64,000 bases of DNA from a virus. The notes under the pieces were generated by a model. The model did not search any database. It had not been told where the DNA came from and worked only from the letters and a program-made list of their open reading frames with translations. The stretch is taken from positions 1 through 64,000 of the IMG/VR virus record IMGVR_UViG_3300012147_000001; one strand, 5' to 3'. Positions 29,871 through 39,117 of this stretch are shown piece by piece (the stretch's first letter is position 1; each line of letters opens with the position of its first letter). Made by a program: the position numbers and the translations under genes.

Positions 29871-30314
29871 TTATTCCTTTCTAAATAGTGATTTTTTTGG
29901 TTGCCATTTGTTGTATTCAGCAACACGTTTAATATCTATTTTAATTTCATCCCATTGTTCTTGTAGGATAGCTAAAGCTTGATGACATTGAACTTCATCA
30001 AACATAGCTACATGACATTTTTGGCGTTTTATTTTTAACGAATAAGCAAACCATTCATAAGCAACTTTTCGAGATTTAAAATGTTTATCTTTCCATAAAG
30101 GGTCAAACATCTTATGAACTCTGCTTCTTAATTCTCTAGTTGCAGCATCAGCTAAATTACCTAATGCATCTTTACTATCTGGATGGCATCCAACATAGCT
30201 GTTATGCTTTTTACACAAATAAAAGTATTTATTTGATAAGTCTGGTCTGTGTGGATATATAACATCACCAGTGACTAGTTTGCTTGGTTTATTGCAGGTA
30301 GGACATTTTGGCAT
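29871..30314 (-). CDS. Zinc-finger protein (DUF3268-like)
   Basis: CPTC, YVGCHP, LGNLADA, FDPLWK and CHVAMF. Confidence 0.8.
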   Translation of the reverse strand: MPKCPTCNKPSKLVTGDVIYPHRPDLSNKYFYLCKKHNSYVGCHPDSKDALGNLADAATRELRSRVHKMFDPLWKDKHFKSRKVAYEWFAYSLKIKRQKCHVAMFDEVQCHQALAILQEQWDEIKIDIKRVAEYNKWQPKKSLFRKE

Positions 30315-30610
30315 TATGTAATTCCTATCTTAAGCATAAAATAACTTCTAGACATTTCTTTAGCTTTATCGTCTAAATGCTTGGCTTGCTTGTACGCTTT
30401 AGAAGCAGCTCTATTCATTTTTTTATCGTAAAATGGTTTTTGTGTTTTAAGGTAAGTGTAAACTTTATTTCCATGTATAAACCTGCCACCATACGAAGCA
30501 AAACCACACACAGGACAATCATTTCTATAAGACAACCGTATATCATATATATATTCACAAGACGAACAGCAACGTATTAAAGCACGTTTTTGAGAAGATT
30601 TTTTAATCAC
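30314..30610 (-). CDS. Zinc-ribbon hypothetical protein
   Basis: CSSC...CPVCG; GTG start with AAAGGA RBS. Confidence 0.65.
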   Translation of the reverse strand: MIKKSSQKRALIRCCSSCEYIYDIRLSYRNDCPVCGFASYGGRFIHGNKVYTYLKTQKPFYDKKMNRAASKAYKQAKHLDDKAKEMSRSYFMLKIGIT

Positions 30611-30629
30611 AATTTATTCCTTTAGACGC

Positions 30630-30652
30630 AAAAAAGCCACCCGAAGGTGGCT
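30630..30652 (-). terminator. Intrinsic terminator
   Basis: Minus strand AGCCACC-TTCG-GGTGGCT-TTTTT. Confidence 0.85.
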
Positions 30653-30724
30653 ATAACTTGGCAGAAGTTTTAAACAGTTGGAAAGGAATTAACCAACAAC
30701 TCAATCATAATCGCTGAAAGCGAT

Positions 30725-31543
30725 TTAATCAAGTGGAGGTTCAATTCCTTTTTCTACATAAAAACGATATTGTCGCCAAAAACTACCTGTAAAATTACCA
30801 GAACCACCTTTTTTAGTAACACGAGCAACATGTTCAAACGGACTTGCATGGATAACATCAGCATTAATTAATAAACCAAAAACTCTATTTACTTTATCAA
30901 TACTAGTATCTAGTACTCTGTAACTAACTTGAGCACAAGCAGTTACTGACATTTTAACTAAAGTTTTAATTGGATATTTTTCTTTATCATTTTCACTAAC
31001 GTAAGGTAAATGCCATTGACCCCAATCAAGTAATTCAGGTTTATTATTAAGCATGGCACGATTCATTTGATTAGCTAATTCTCTAATTTCTGGTTGTGCA
31101 TCTTTGTGAGCACGTAATGTATTCCAGTTATCCATTTTAGTAGTCGTCATTACTACTTTAATGTGTGTCCAAGGTTCAAGCATTCTGTTAGCTACTTGCT
31201 TATGTACACCAACACTTTTAAGCAATAAAGTAAGAACACTAACCATATAGCCAGTAAATTTCCAAATTGCTTTAGCAAAGAATTTACGTACTGAACCAAG
31301 TTCAACATCAGCTTGCATACCAGCTTGTTTTTTACCCCAATGAATTGGTACAGCCATGTTTGACCAAACTAATTTAATAGCTTTCATTATAGGTATGGCT
31401 CTACTACTTGCAGCATTACGAGAAAAATCTCTATGAGTCATAAACTCAGCATGAATAAATCTATGGTATTCAAGTTCAAAAGTAGTAATACGTTCACCTT
31501 TTGGATTAATACTATCTGCTATTATTCTTGCTCTTATTGTCAT
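30725..31543 (-). CDS. thyX: Flavin-dependent thymidylate synthase
   Basis: EFMTHRDFSRNAASSRAIP, HKQVANRMLEPW, AQPEI and HASPFEH. Confidence 0.93.
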   Translation of the reverse strand: MTIRARIIADSINPKGERITTFELEYHRFIHAEFMTHRDFSRNAASSRAIPIMKAIKLVWSNMAVPIHWGKKQAGMQADVELGSVRKFFAKAIWKFTGYMVSVLTLLLKSVGVHKQVANRMLEPWTHIKVVMTTTKMDNWNTLRAHKDAQPEIRELANQMNRAMLNNKPELLDWGQWHLPYVSENDKEKYPIKTLVKMSVTACAQVSYRVLDTSIDKVNRVFGLLINADVIHASPFEHVARVTKKGGSGNFTGSFWRQYRFYVEKGIEPPLD

Positions 31544-31998
31544 TACGTTTCCTTATCAAATTTATGTACGCGAACACCTGTAAATACGAGATGGTCAATA
31601 CCTTTTTTGTTTTTATATTCATTTAAATAATGAACATCGGTTATACCTACAGAAGCAATGGATTTTGCACACTCAATACAAGGTGCTGTTGTCACAAAAA
31701 GAACTGCTTCTTCTGGTGAAACACCTTCTCTTGTAAGCTTGTCTAATGCATTACGTTCTGCATGTATTACTTCAGGTTTGGTTGTTAAAGTACAAGTACT
31801 GTTACTCCAACTTTCGCTTTGACATTCATTATCAAAACCTGTTGGCATACCATTCCAACCAAGACCAATCATACCACTTGGCAATACAATTACCGCACCA
31901 ACTTTACGTTTTCTGTCTACAGACTCTAATGCAGCTTTCTCAGCTATGCTCATGTAAAAGCCGTCAAACTTTGGGTTAAAAGGATTGAATTTTTTCAT
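31543..31998 (-). CDS. dCMP deaminase
   Basis: KVGAVI, GWNG, HAERNA and PCIEC. Confidence 0.92.
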   Translation of the reverse strand: MKKFNPFNPKFDGFYMSIAEKAALESVDRKRKVGAVIVLPSGMIGLGWNGMPTGFDNECQSESWSNSTCTLTTKPEVIHAERNALDKLTREGVSPEEAVLFVTTAPCIECAKSIASVGITDVHYLNEYKNKKGIDHLVFTGVRVHKFDKET

Positions 31999-32378
31999 TT
32001 GGTTTCTTCCAGAATTTTATTAATCCTTTCAGCAATGTCTTGCAGTACAGTAGATGGTACTGTTTGGTCATATGCAGCCCAAATGTTTATTCCTTTATCT
32101 GGGTCAATATTGCCATATGCGTCCATAACAGTACCTTCAAGTATTGTTTTAAGACAATGTTTTAATTTCATGTTTTCTTGTTCAATTATTACAATGCGCT
32201 TAGATTGTTGAAGTGCTTCTTTTTGAAGTCTATCAGCACGTTCACTAACTACTTCAAAAGAACCTTTATAATTACCTGCTTCTAGCTCAAGCTGTGCATT
32301 GCGTTTTTTTAAAGTTTCAATTTCACTCCAAGCTTTACGTTTTGCGTCAAACTCTTGTCCCCACGCTGTTTTAGACAT
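31995..32378 (-). CDS. Coiled-coil hypothetical protein
   Basis: Start at MSKTAW (AAGGA RBS). Confidence 0.55.
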   Translation of the reverse strand: MSKTAWGQEFDAKRKAWSEIETLKKRNAQLELEAGNYKGSFEVVSERADRLQKEALQQSKRIVIIEQENMKLKHCLKTILEGTVMDAYGNIDPDKGINIWAAYDQTVPSTVLQDIAERINKILEETK

Positions 32379-32409
32379 GATTTTTTCCTTTTTCATTTTG
32401 TTTACTCAC

Positions 32410-32434
32410 AAAAAAAAAAGACCCCGAAGGGTCT
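32410..32434 (-). terminator. Intrinsic terminator
   Basis: Minus strand AGACCC-TTCG-GGGTCT followed by a T-run. Confidence 0.88.
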
Positions 32435-32448
32435 AAAGTGGGAGAAAT

Positions 32449-33102
32449 TTATTGTTTAATAGAAGCGTATGCAGCACCTAATTGATTATGTATAATTTCA
32501 TCAATGTTGGGGTCTTCCATATCAACATTGTTCATTATATCAACTAACCATTCGTTATCTTCACGACCATTCCATATTTTAATGTAACTGCCGTCTTTAT
32601 AACCATTTTGCTGTCTAAAAAAGTTTAATACATTTTTAGCAAGATACTGTTTATAAAGTTCATTAACAGGTAATAAAGCTTGTTCACATATAAAATAAAA
32701 CAAACAAGGACTAAACAAGTTAGCAGCAGCTAATCCAGCCATAAGTTGAAGATTGTTTAATAAAGTCATATTAGAGTAATCATATATGATTCCATCAAAT
32801 TCAATAAAAATGTCTTTATTTTGTAAAAATTGAGCACAATCTATTATTGAATTTTGGTCTTTTAAAACAAGTGTATGTGATAAACCAAAATGCCAAATAT
32901 CCACAAGCTCCATTTGTACTTGAGCCATGTCTGGTTTTTGTTTTTTCCACCATTTCCATCCATGATGGTCAATAGCTTCAACAGATTCAGCTAATATTGC
33001 TGTACACCAATTATTATTGGCATTAATCCAATTTGGATTAACTTTACAATTAATTTCATTTTGTAGTTGAATCATTTTATCTAGTTGTAGTTTAGTTAAC
33101 AT
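32449..33102 (-). CDS. Dimeric (all-alpha) dUTPase
   Basis: WKWWK, ELVDIWHF, KN.LN.FRQ.NGYK.GSY.KIW.GREDN; start at MLTKLQ. Confidence 0.9.
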   Translation of the reverse strand: MLTKLQLDKMIQLQNEINCKVNPNWINANNNWCTAILAESVEAIDHHGWKWWKKQKPDMAQVQMELVDIWHFGLSHTLVLKDQNSIIDCAQFLQNKDIFIEFDGIIYDYSNMTLLNNLQLMAGLAAANLFSPCLFYFICEQALLPVNELYKQYLAKNVLNFFRQQNGYKDGSYIKIWNGREDNEWLVDIMNNVDMEDPNIDEIIHNQLGAAYASIKQ

Positions 33103-33442
33103 TTGATTTCCTTTTAAAAATTGACCAAAAAGATTTGGTACGTTTAAGTTCAGCAAGTTCTTTTTTAAGTGTTATTATTTCTTTTTTATTATTAAATATA
33201 GTTTTTTCATAGACGCAATTTACCATTTCTATTCTTTTAAACAAACTTGCATTTATTGGGTCAACAATTTCTTTAAAATCACTTAACTCAACAAATTTTT
33301 TTGTATCTTTTTTATAAGAGACACCCACAATACGTACTTTAAATGCTTCATTAGCTAAAGCTTTACGATACATTTCACTTTTATTCGTTAGTTCTATGTA
33401 TTCTGAAGTACTAATAGTTACTGTATTAAGGTTTTGAGACAT
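33092..33442 (-). CDS. Hypothetical protein
   Basis: Start at MSQNLN (GAGG RBS). Confidence 0.55.
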   Translation of the reverse strand: MSQNLNTVTISTSEYIELTNKSEMYRKALANEAFKVRIVGVSYKKDTKKFVELSDFKEIVDPINASLFKRIEMVNCVYEKTIFNNKKEIITLKKELAELKRTKSFWSIFKRKSNVN

Positions 33443-33644
33443 GAGATATTTCCTCATTTAAAGTTTTTTTAACTAATTCCATTCCCTGATGATAAAGAGC
33501 AAGACTTTTTCGAGAAATTAAATTATTTGAATTTTCTAATCCAAAAAATATAGTTAATGCACTGCTTTCAGCAGCACTGTAAGTAATTTTCTTTTTAACA
33601 GAAGCATCCATAAACTGTTTATGTAAAATACCTTTAGTTGCCAT
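33426..33644 (-). CDS. Hypothetical protein
   Basis: 72-aa ORF with AGGA RBS. Confidence 0.55.
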   Translation of the reverse strand: MATKGILHKQFMDASVKKKITYSAAESSALTIFFGLENSNNLISRKSLALYHQGMELVKKTLNEEISHVSKP

Positions 33645-33652
33645 AAATAGTC

Positions 33653-34249
33653 CTATGGTTTATCCAGTTTAGATTTATTTAATACTGGTTTATGTTGAAT
33701 TAAATTGACAGTTTCTTGTCGGCTTTTAATTTTTGATTGAACTTCTGTTTCCCATTTAGTTTTGTAATTCCATACATTATGTTTATCAGCAATTTTGCAA
33801 ATAGCTTCTTCTGATAATTCACAGTTGTATGGAAAAGCAAGCCAACCTGTATTAGCAACATGAAGTGAGTTTACATTTTCTTTCATAAAGTCAATGTGTG
33901 CAGTATTAAGAGCTGCTGCAAGGTCAGCTTGTTTAAGTCTACGTTTAGATAGCGGAATACCATTTTCACTGGCTAACTCTGGTTCACCTGTAACAATATA
34001 TTCTTGCTTTTTTTGGTCTCGACAAAAAACAATTAAAGTGTAATTCCAGAAATGAGGATAGTCAGTAATAAAAGATGCAGTAACACTGTTGGGTATAAAC
34101 AATGTTTGTTTTGGTATAGATAATACTTCTGCATTTTTCATATTACATGTAAACCAAACAGCTAATTTATTTCTTCTTAAGTAATTATCAGCTAGAACTG
34201 GTGCAGTTTTGTTTGGGTTATATTTTTTTGTTTTACGTTTTTTTGGCAT
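33653..34249 (-). CDS. Hypothetical protein with basic N-terminus
   Basis: Start at MPKKRKTKKY (AGGA RBS). Confidence 0.6.
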   Translation of the reverse strand: MPKKRKTKKYNPNKTAPVLADNYLRRNKLAVWFTCNMKNAEVLSIPKQTLFIPNSVTASFITDYPHFWNYTLIVFCRDQKKQEYIVTGEPELASENGIPLSKRRLKQADLAAALNTAHIDFMKENVNSLHVANTGWLAFPYNCELSEEAICKIADKHNVWNYKTKWETEVQSKIKSRQETVNLIQHKPVLNKSKLDKP

Positions 34250-34375
34250 ATTTATTCCTACAATATTGAAGACTATCTGAGTCAACAGTGTTTAGGTACT
34301 CTTAGCCAAAATTAGCTATTTAGTACTTGTTAGTTACTAGGTTTAGTTTTATGAGTAAAAAAATAAATATACTCT

Positions 34376-34408
34376 CCAAACCCACACTCCGAAGGAGTGG
34401 GATTTAGG
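34376..34408 (-). terminator. GC-rich hairpin downstream of RNAP II subunit 2
   Basis: Minus strand CCCACTCC-TTCG-GAGTGTGGG. Confidence 0.55.
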
Positions 34409-34422
34409 TAGTATATAGGTTT

Positions 34423-35430
34423 TTATGACAAAGAATAGTTAGATTCACGAATTGATTGAGCCAAGTCTTGTGAGTACTTGTTAAATACTCCGTTAGTTCC
34501 TGCAATCTGATTTAATATATTCTGAATTACATTTGATTCAGCTAATTTAGCTAACTCATCTGCATATCCAATACGAATATCTTCTATATGGTTTGGTGAA
34601 GCCCAAAACGAATCATGAATAGTAGTCATTTCATATCCGCGAACATGTGCTCTACGATACAACTGACGCACAATATAAGCATCTAAACTGTGAACTACAT
34701 TAGCTGGTAAAGATAAATCAAACTCTTTAGCCATTTGCTCAGATGTTCTGAAAGTGAATGTAGCTTTATTTAATTCAGCTATTTCAACTTTTTTATCTAC
34801 CTTTCCCATTACTGGTACATACGCTGTATGACCATCAGGAAGCGTCCAAGTATAATCAAGAGCTTCTGAGTCCTGTAAGGTTTGAATATCCAACAACAGC
34901 CTGTAAGCACCTTTTAAACCAACTTGAAGACATTTATTAAATGCTTCTAATTCGGAAGTACCTTTACCAAACAACAATTCAGGTTGTTTAGTACTGTTGT
35001 AAAAAGCTGTCATTATTGGTTTCTTAAGCATGTCACGAGTTGTATTACAGCCATGAATTACATTCATATCATTGGAAATATCAAAGTAAATGTCGTTACG
35101 TTTGTTGTTATCAATGAGATTCACTTTAATAGCTGAGTCTTTACATCCAGTAACTGCTGACATTATTTGTATTCCAGAAGCTGTTGCATCTAAATTACAC
35201 ATAAAACCGACATTATTACCTTTTAATATTTCGTTATGTGCATTAATAGCTTTGGCTAAAAGCACAGATTCATCTGTACATTCCTCTTTAGCAAAAGCTA
35301 ACTGGTCTTTAAAAGACAATTTAACAAAGTTATCAGACCACGATAAACGTTCATCCCATGTTAATTTGTCCATTCCATTGGCGTTAGCCATACTAATCAA
35401 TAAATATTCATAAGGTGTAAACTTCTGCAT
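34423..35430 (-). CDS. RNA polymerase II catalytic subunit (N4 gp16-like)
   Basis: LDATASGIQ (A), R..LKKPIMTAFY (B), WTLPDG, ANVVHSLDA and TIHDSF (C). Confidence 0.93.
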   Translation of the reverse strand: MQKFTPYEYLLISMANANGMDKLTWDERLSWSDNFVKLSFKDQLAFAKEECTDESVLLAKAINAHNEILKGNNVGFMCNLDATASGIQIMSAVTGCKDSAIKVNLIDNNKRNDIYFDISNDMNVIHGCNTTRDMLKKPIMTAFYNSTKQPELLFGKGTSELEAFNKCLQVGLKGAYRLLLDIQTLQDSEALDYTWTLPDGHTAYVPVMGKVDKKVEIAELNKATFTFRTSEQMAKEFDLSLPANVVHSLDAYIVRQLYRRAHVRGYEMTTIHDSFWASPNHIEDIRIGYADELAKLAESNVIQNILNQIAGTNGVFNKYSQDLAQSIRESNYSLS

Positions 35431-35440
35431 AGTAAATTCC

Positions 35441-35917
35441 TTAACTAAAGTCGATAGCTTTTAATAATGCTTTTCTGCTATCAAGGTATTTAGTCCACTG
35501 AACAAAGACAAAAAATGCTTTATCAGTGTCTAATTCATGGGTAATTTTTAACGAATTAATTGCTTGTTTCCAATCAAATAAATCTCCTTGTCTTACATGT
35601 ATTTCTGTTAAAAATGGAAATAATTTATCACATTCTTCTTTTGAAACAACATCAGATATTTCACGTTCGTCCATAATATAACTTTTTAACACATTAGCTA
35701 ATTTGTCAGGTTCTTTTGTTTTCATAATAGTTTTCCAGTAAGTAACACTATGATTTAAAACATCAATAACATATCTTGCACAAGCAAAAACAAGTTCACT
35801 TTCTACGTAATGCTCATTCATTTTTTTCATACGTTTGATTGCTGTTTTCTTGTAATGTCTTTTGAGTTCAGCACGTTTGTTCTTACGCTCTCTGTTTTGT
35901 TGACTTTTATTAGCCAT
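35441..35917 (-). CDS. Hypothetical protein between the RNAP II subunit genes
   Basis: 158-aa ORF with basic N-terminus. Confidence 0.6.
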   Translation of the reverse strand: MANKSQQNRERKNKRAELKRHYKKTAIKRMKKMNEHYVESELVFACARYVIDVLNHSVTYWKTIMKTKEPDKLANVLKSYIMDEREISDVVSKEECDKLFPFLTEIHVRQGDLFDWKQAINSLKITHELDTDKAFFVFVQWTKYLDSRKALLKAIDFS

Positions 35918-36135
35918 TATAAATCCACCATTTTAGCAAGAAGTGCTCTGTTAGTAAGAAACTCACCATTCTTATCTATATAAGCTTGAATAAAATGAGT
36001 AGCGTAACCTTGTTCTTCTAAATAATCCCAAACTTGAAATAAACCAGCTTCTGGGTCTGTTTCATTTGGGTCATCTAATACAGCAATCATTGTATGATTT
36101 ACAAACAAGGTTTGTACTTCAGTTAATTTAACCAT
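35917..36135 (-). CDS. Hypothetical protein between the RNAP II subunit genes
   Basis: 72 aa; AAGGT RBS; TAATG coupling. Confidence 0.6.
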   Translation of the reverse strand: MVKLTEVQTLFVNHTMIAVLDDPNETDPEAGLFQVWDYLEEQGYATHFIQAYIDKNGEFLTNRALLAKMVDL

Positions 36136-36144
36136 CTAAATACC

Positions 36145-37077
36145 TTAACTACGTTCTATAGCAATATGTTCTTTATTTGCTAAATTAATTAATGCTTTTT
36201 TATACTCAGTTGATTGAATGTTGACATGATAACCTTGGCTGTACATACGACCACGTTTATCAAATCTCCAAGAAAACCAAAACTCATTACCTTGTTGTAT
36301 CAACAGCTCATAAACCTTTTTACTGCTGTTTTTCAACAGTTGAAAGTTCTTAACTTTTTCTACAGTATCCAACTCTTTTGTTGGGGTTTCTTCGTAGTTA
36401 TTAAGTATAAAAGTATCTAATTCAAATTTAACAGAATTAGCTATATTTAAAGCATCTAAACCTAGTGGCATATTGTGATGGTTATGAGACTTTAGTACTA
36501 CTGATTCAGCTATTGGATTGATATATCCAGAGCTAGTATTACTTTCTATCTTGTTAGGTGGACAAATCATTGGTGGTAAATACATAGTATCTGTAATGTA
36601 TTGTTCTGTATCTAAGTCCAACTTCCACCTGCTTTTAATCATTAAAGAACCAGTTTCACTAGTCTTAGCAGATATAATGTCATACAAATCACTATAAGCA
36701 CCTAAAGCTATTAACTCACTTGCAGTACGCACAGCATCCATGTGGTTAGAATATCCCTCAAGTCTACGTGCTACATACTCTACCATTCCATGAATAGGTA
36801 CAGGATTACCTTGGCTTGTTTTCATAGCACCAACAGATATATAAGTCATAACATCTTCAGTATTGTTAAATTCACCTAACGTAAAACACCTCACAGCTTT
36901 ACTGTACCAATAGTTTCTGTACTTGGCTTTGTAGTCTAGCACTTGAGCTTTTAATAGCTTTAAAGTTGGTGCTAGGTCTTCACATTTACTTAAATCTTTC
37001 CAAATACGAGTATTAATTTCACGTTTAGCGTACTTATCCTCGTTTACTATTTGGCTCAATACTTTAATTTGATTCAT
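36145..37077 (-). CDS. RNA polymerase II subunit 1 (N4 gp15-like)
   Basis: YLPPMICPP and FDKRGRMYSQGYHVN.Q. Confidence 0.93.
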   Translation of the reverse strand: MNQIKVLSQIVNEDKYAKREINTRIWKDLSKCEDLAPTLKLLKAQVLDYKAKYRNYWYSKAVRCFTLGEFNNTEDVMTYISVGAMKTSQGNPVPIHGMVEYVARRLEGYSNHMDAVRTASELIALGAYSDLYDIISAKTSETGSLMIKSRWKLDLDTEQYITDTMYLPPMICPPNKIESNTSSGYINPIAESVVLKSHNHHNMPLGLDALNIANSVKFELDTFILNNYEETPTKELDTVEKVKNFQLLKNSSKKVYELLIQQGNEFWFSWRFDKRGRMYSQGYHVNIQSTEYKKALINLANKEHIAIERS

Positions 37078-37106
37078 ACTGTCTTACCTCCATTAATATA
37101 ATCAAA

Positions 37107-37134
37107 CAAAAAATAAAGCTCCCGAAGGAGCTTA
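37107..37134 (-). terminator. Intrinsic terminator after the gp2-like gene
   Basis: Minus strand AAGCTCC-TTCG-GGAGCTT-TATTTTTT. Confidence 0.85.
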
Positions 37135-37137
37135 AAT

Positions 37138-37410
37138 TTAGAAAGAGATGTCTGAACCATCGTCTTTTGTAGCAACACGAATAGTGATTTTACCTTTAAC
37201 TTCAATTTCACCATTTTTAGATGCTTTTGCCTTGTTAACAAGACTACGTTGAAGCTTACTACCTTCTTCATACAAAGGATTGAATGCTTGATAACGATGT
37301 GCAACACCATTACTATCAACAAAATCAATGTTTACATAAGCATCACATTGCTTTTTGTTAGGTTTAGCCGAATAACCACCATTATTTGCATTTTCAACTT
37401 GTTGAGCCAT
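37138..37410 (-). CDS. Probable ssDNA-binding RNAP II activator (N4 gp2/Drc-like)
   Basis: AYVNI...PL...I.IR and C-terminal F resemble gp2; has its own hairpin promoter; lies upstream of RNAP II. Confidence 0.6.
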   Translation of the reverse strand: MAQQVENANNGGYSAKPNKKQCDAYVNIDFVDSNGVAHRYQAFNPLYEEGSKLQRSLVNKAKASKNGEIEVKGKITIRVATKDDGSDISF

Positions 37411-37460
37411 TTTTTGAATCCTCCAAGGATATTAAGACACGAGCAAAATTGCTCTAATAT

Positions 37461-37481
37461 GTCATTAAGGCGTGAAACGCC
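37461..37481 (-). promoter_or_regulatory. vRNAP hairpin promoter
   Basis: Template (+) strand GTCATTAA-GGCG-T-GAA-A-CGCC. Confidence 0.8.
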
Positions 37482-37579
37482 AAGAACTTGGAATGTTACG
37501 CAGATATATAATTCGAAGAGAGAATGTGTTTGTGTAAGAGTTTTAAGAACCGATAAAGGTTCTTAAAACATTAACGTAA

Positions 37580-38071
37580 CTAGTAATTCAGACTATTCAA
37601 TTTAGCAATTGATTCCCTAATACTTTGCTCACTTTCATGAGTAAACATAATTACTCCACTGTAATCATATACAAGTACAGGTTTATCCTTTTTAATCATT
37701 GCCACTATCATGTTTTTAGTTCCACTACTTCCATTCCATACAGCAATTAATTTATCAGCAATATCAGACATTAATCTATTACGATTAAAACCTGCTAGTT
37801 TGTTATATGGTTTACCATTACGTATTGCCATTTTTACTGGATTATCCGCGGTACTACAAATGTCATCCCACTTAGCTGGAAACTCATCCACACCTACTTC
37901 AAAAGAAATTAAAACATTACTAAAAGTAGTATCAGCACCTATAGCTCTACCACTAATTCCAGTCAACTCATGAGCTGGTGGAAGAAAGTGATTACTGTAT
38001 GCATTATGAATAATTCCTTCAGCTATTTCTTTATTATAAAAATCTCTACCACCTGCAAATATTACTTTCAT
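37580..38071 (-). CDS. SLOG/YspA-like nucleotide-binding protein (DUF2493-like)
   Basis: VIFAGGRDF, ISGRAIGAD, FPAKWD, AGFNRNRLM and WNGSSGTKNMI. Confidence 0.82.
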   Translation of the reverse strand: MKVIFAGGRDFYNKEIAEGIIHNAYSNHFLPPAHELTGISGRAIGADTTFSNVLISFEVGVDEFPAKWDDICSTADNPVKMAIRNGKPYNKLAGFNRNRLMSDIADKLIAVWNGSSGTKNMIVAMIKKDKPVLVYDYSGVIMFTHESEQSIRESIAKLNSLNY

Positions 38072-38074
38072 AAA

Positions 38075-38464
38075 TTACTCCAATTGTTCTATTTCAGTAT
38101 AAATACCTGTTGTTTTAGCTAAACCAGTAACACTTTCAATTGAATGTTTTAAGTCCTGTAAATCAGGCCATTCATTGCAATCAATTCTATGGTAAGTAAT
38201 TGGTATCCAGCATTTCTTGTGCCAATCACAATGAAAAGGTAATAGCTTGATACCATTTACATCAGAGTACCAAAGCCCATCATTATTTATGTAAACAAAG
38301 AATGTTTTATTGACAGGTTTAGGTACACTAATTTCACCAACAACAAGTAAATGTTTATTATGCTGTGAATCAATATAATCAAAGTTCTTAATAGCAGATA
38401 TGTAACTAGAGTTAATCATAACGTTTGGAAGTTCAAGCACCTCCTGTATGTATTCTTGAATCAC
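38075..38464 (-). CDS. Early hypothetical protein
   Basis: 129-aa ORF with GGAG RBS. Confidence 0.6.
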   Translation of the reverse strand: MIQEYIQEVLELPNVMINSSYISAIKNFDYIDSQHNKHLLVVGEISVPKPVNKTFFVYINNDGLWYSDVNGIKLLPFHCDWHKKCWIPITYHRIDCNEWPDLQDLKHSIESVTGLAKTTGIYTEIEQLE

Positions 38465-38849
38465 CGTACTCCACCTTATTTTCTAAATACAATCCAGTTG
38501 TATGAATTAAATCAAGCATGTTTAAAAGCTTGTTTCTAAGCATACTTAATTCAACATCTCTTTTAGCTTCATGAACACTACAACATGTAAATGCAAGACG
38601 AGATTGTAAATGGTTTCTACTATTCCAAGGAACAAACATTACATCGTTACCATTTGGATAGTAAAAACCTCTTGTATTGCAAACACCGTATTTTGTTGGA
38701 TGTCTCATTAATTTACCAAGATGTAAAACACCATTTTTAGCTTCTGCCATAAAACGACTGTTGTAATCAAACTCATAAAACTTTACAACGAAAACATTTG
38801 GACATTTATTAAGATTACCAACATATTGACTTATTAATGAACCTAACAT
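38433..38849 (-). CDS. Early hypothetical protein
   Basis: 138-aa ORF with GAGG RBS. Confidence 0.6.
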   Translation of the reverse strand: MLGSLISQYVGNLNKCPNVFVVKFYEFDYNSRFMAEAKNGVLHLGKLMRHPTKYGVCNTRGFYYPNGNDVMFVPWNSRNHLQSRLAFTCCSVHEAKRDVELSMLRNKLLNMLDLIHTTGLYLENKVEYGDSRIHTGGA

Positions 38850-38858
38850 TTTTACCTC

Positions 38859-39059
38859 TCAATCTATTAACGAACACTCGCCATTACTGGTTTGTATTCT
38901 GTTTCTTTCAACGCCATTATTAACATACTCAGTTACACATTCAGACTCTGCTTTATACAACTCAAAGTCATTTATAGCTGTAACAACAAATAAAACAAAC
39001 ACCATAAAAAACATGGCACACAACGCAAATGCTACTGTATTTCTAAATGAACGTTCCAT
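38859..39059 (-). CDS. Small membrane protein
   Basis: N-terminal TM helix; C...GVER..I....G.C tail. Confidence 0.65.
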   Translation of the reverse strand: MERSFRNTVAFALCAMFFMVFVLFVVTAINDFELYKAESECVTEYVNNGVERNRIQTSNGECSLID

Positions 39060-39095
39060 AAATACTCTCCAACAGATAGCGAAGCTATCAATAAT

Positions 39096-39117
39096 AAAAA
39101 AGGGCTAAAAAGCCCTT
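39096..39117 (-). terminator. Intrinsic terminator
   Basis: Minus strand AAGGGCT-loop-AGCCCTT-TTTT. Confidence 0.65.

Noticed and set aside
37074-37328. 84-aa ORF overlapping the gp2-like gene
   Set aside because: Runs through a clear terminator and has shadow composition
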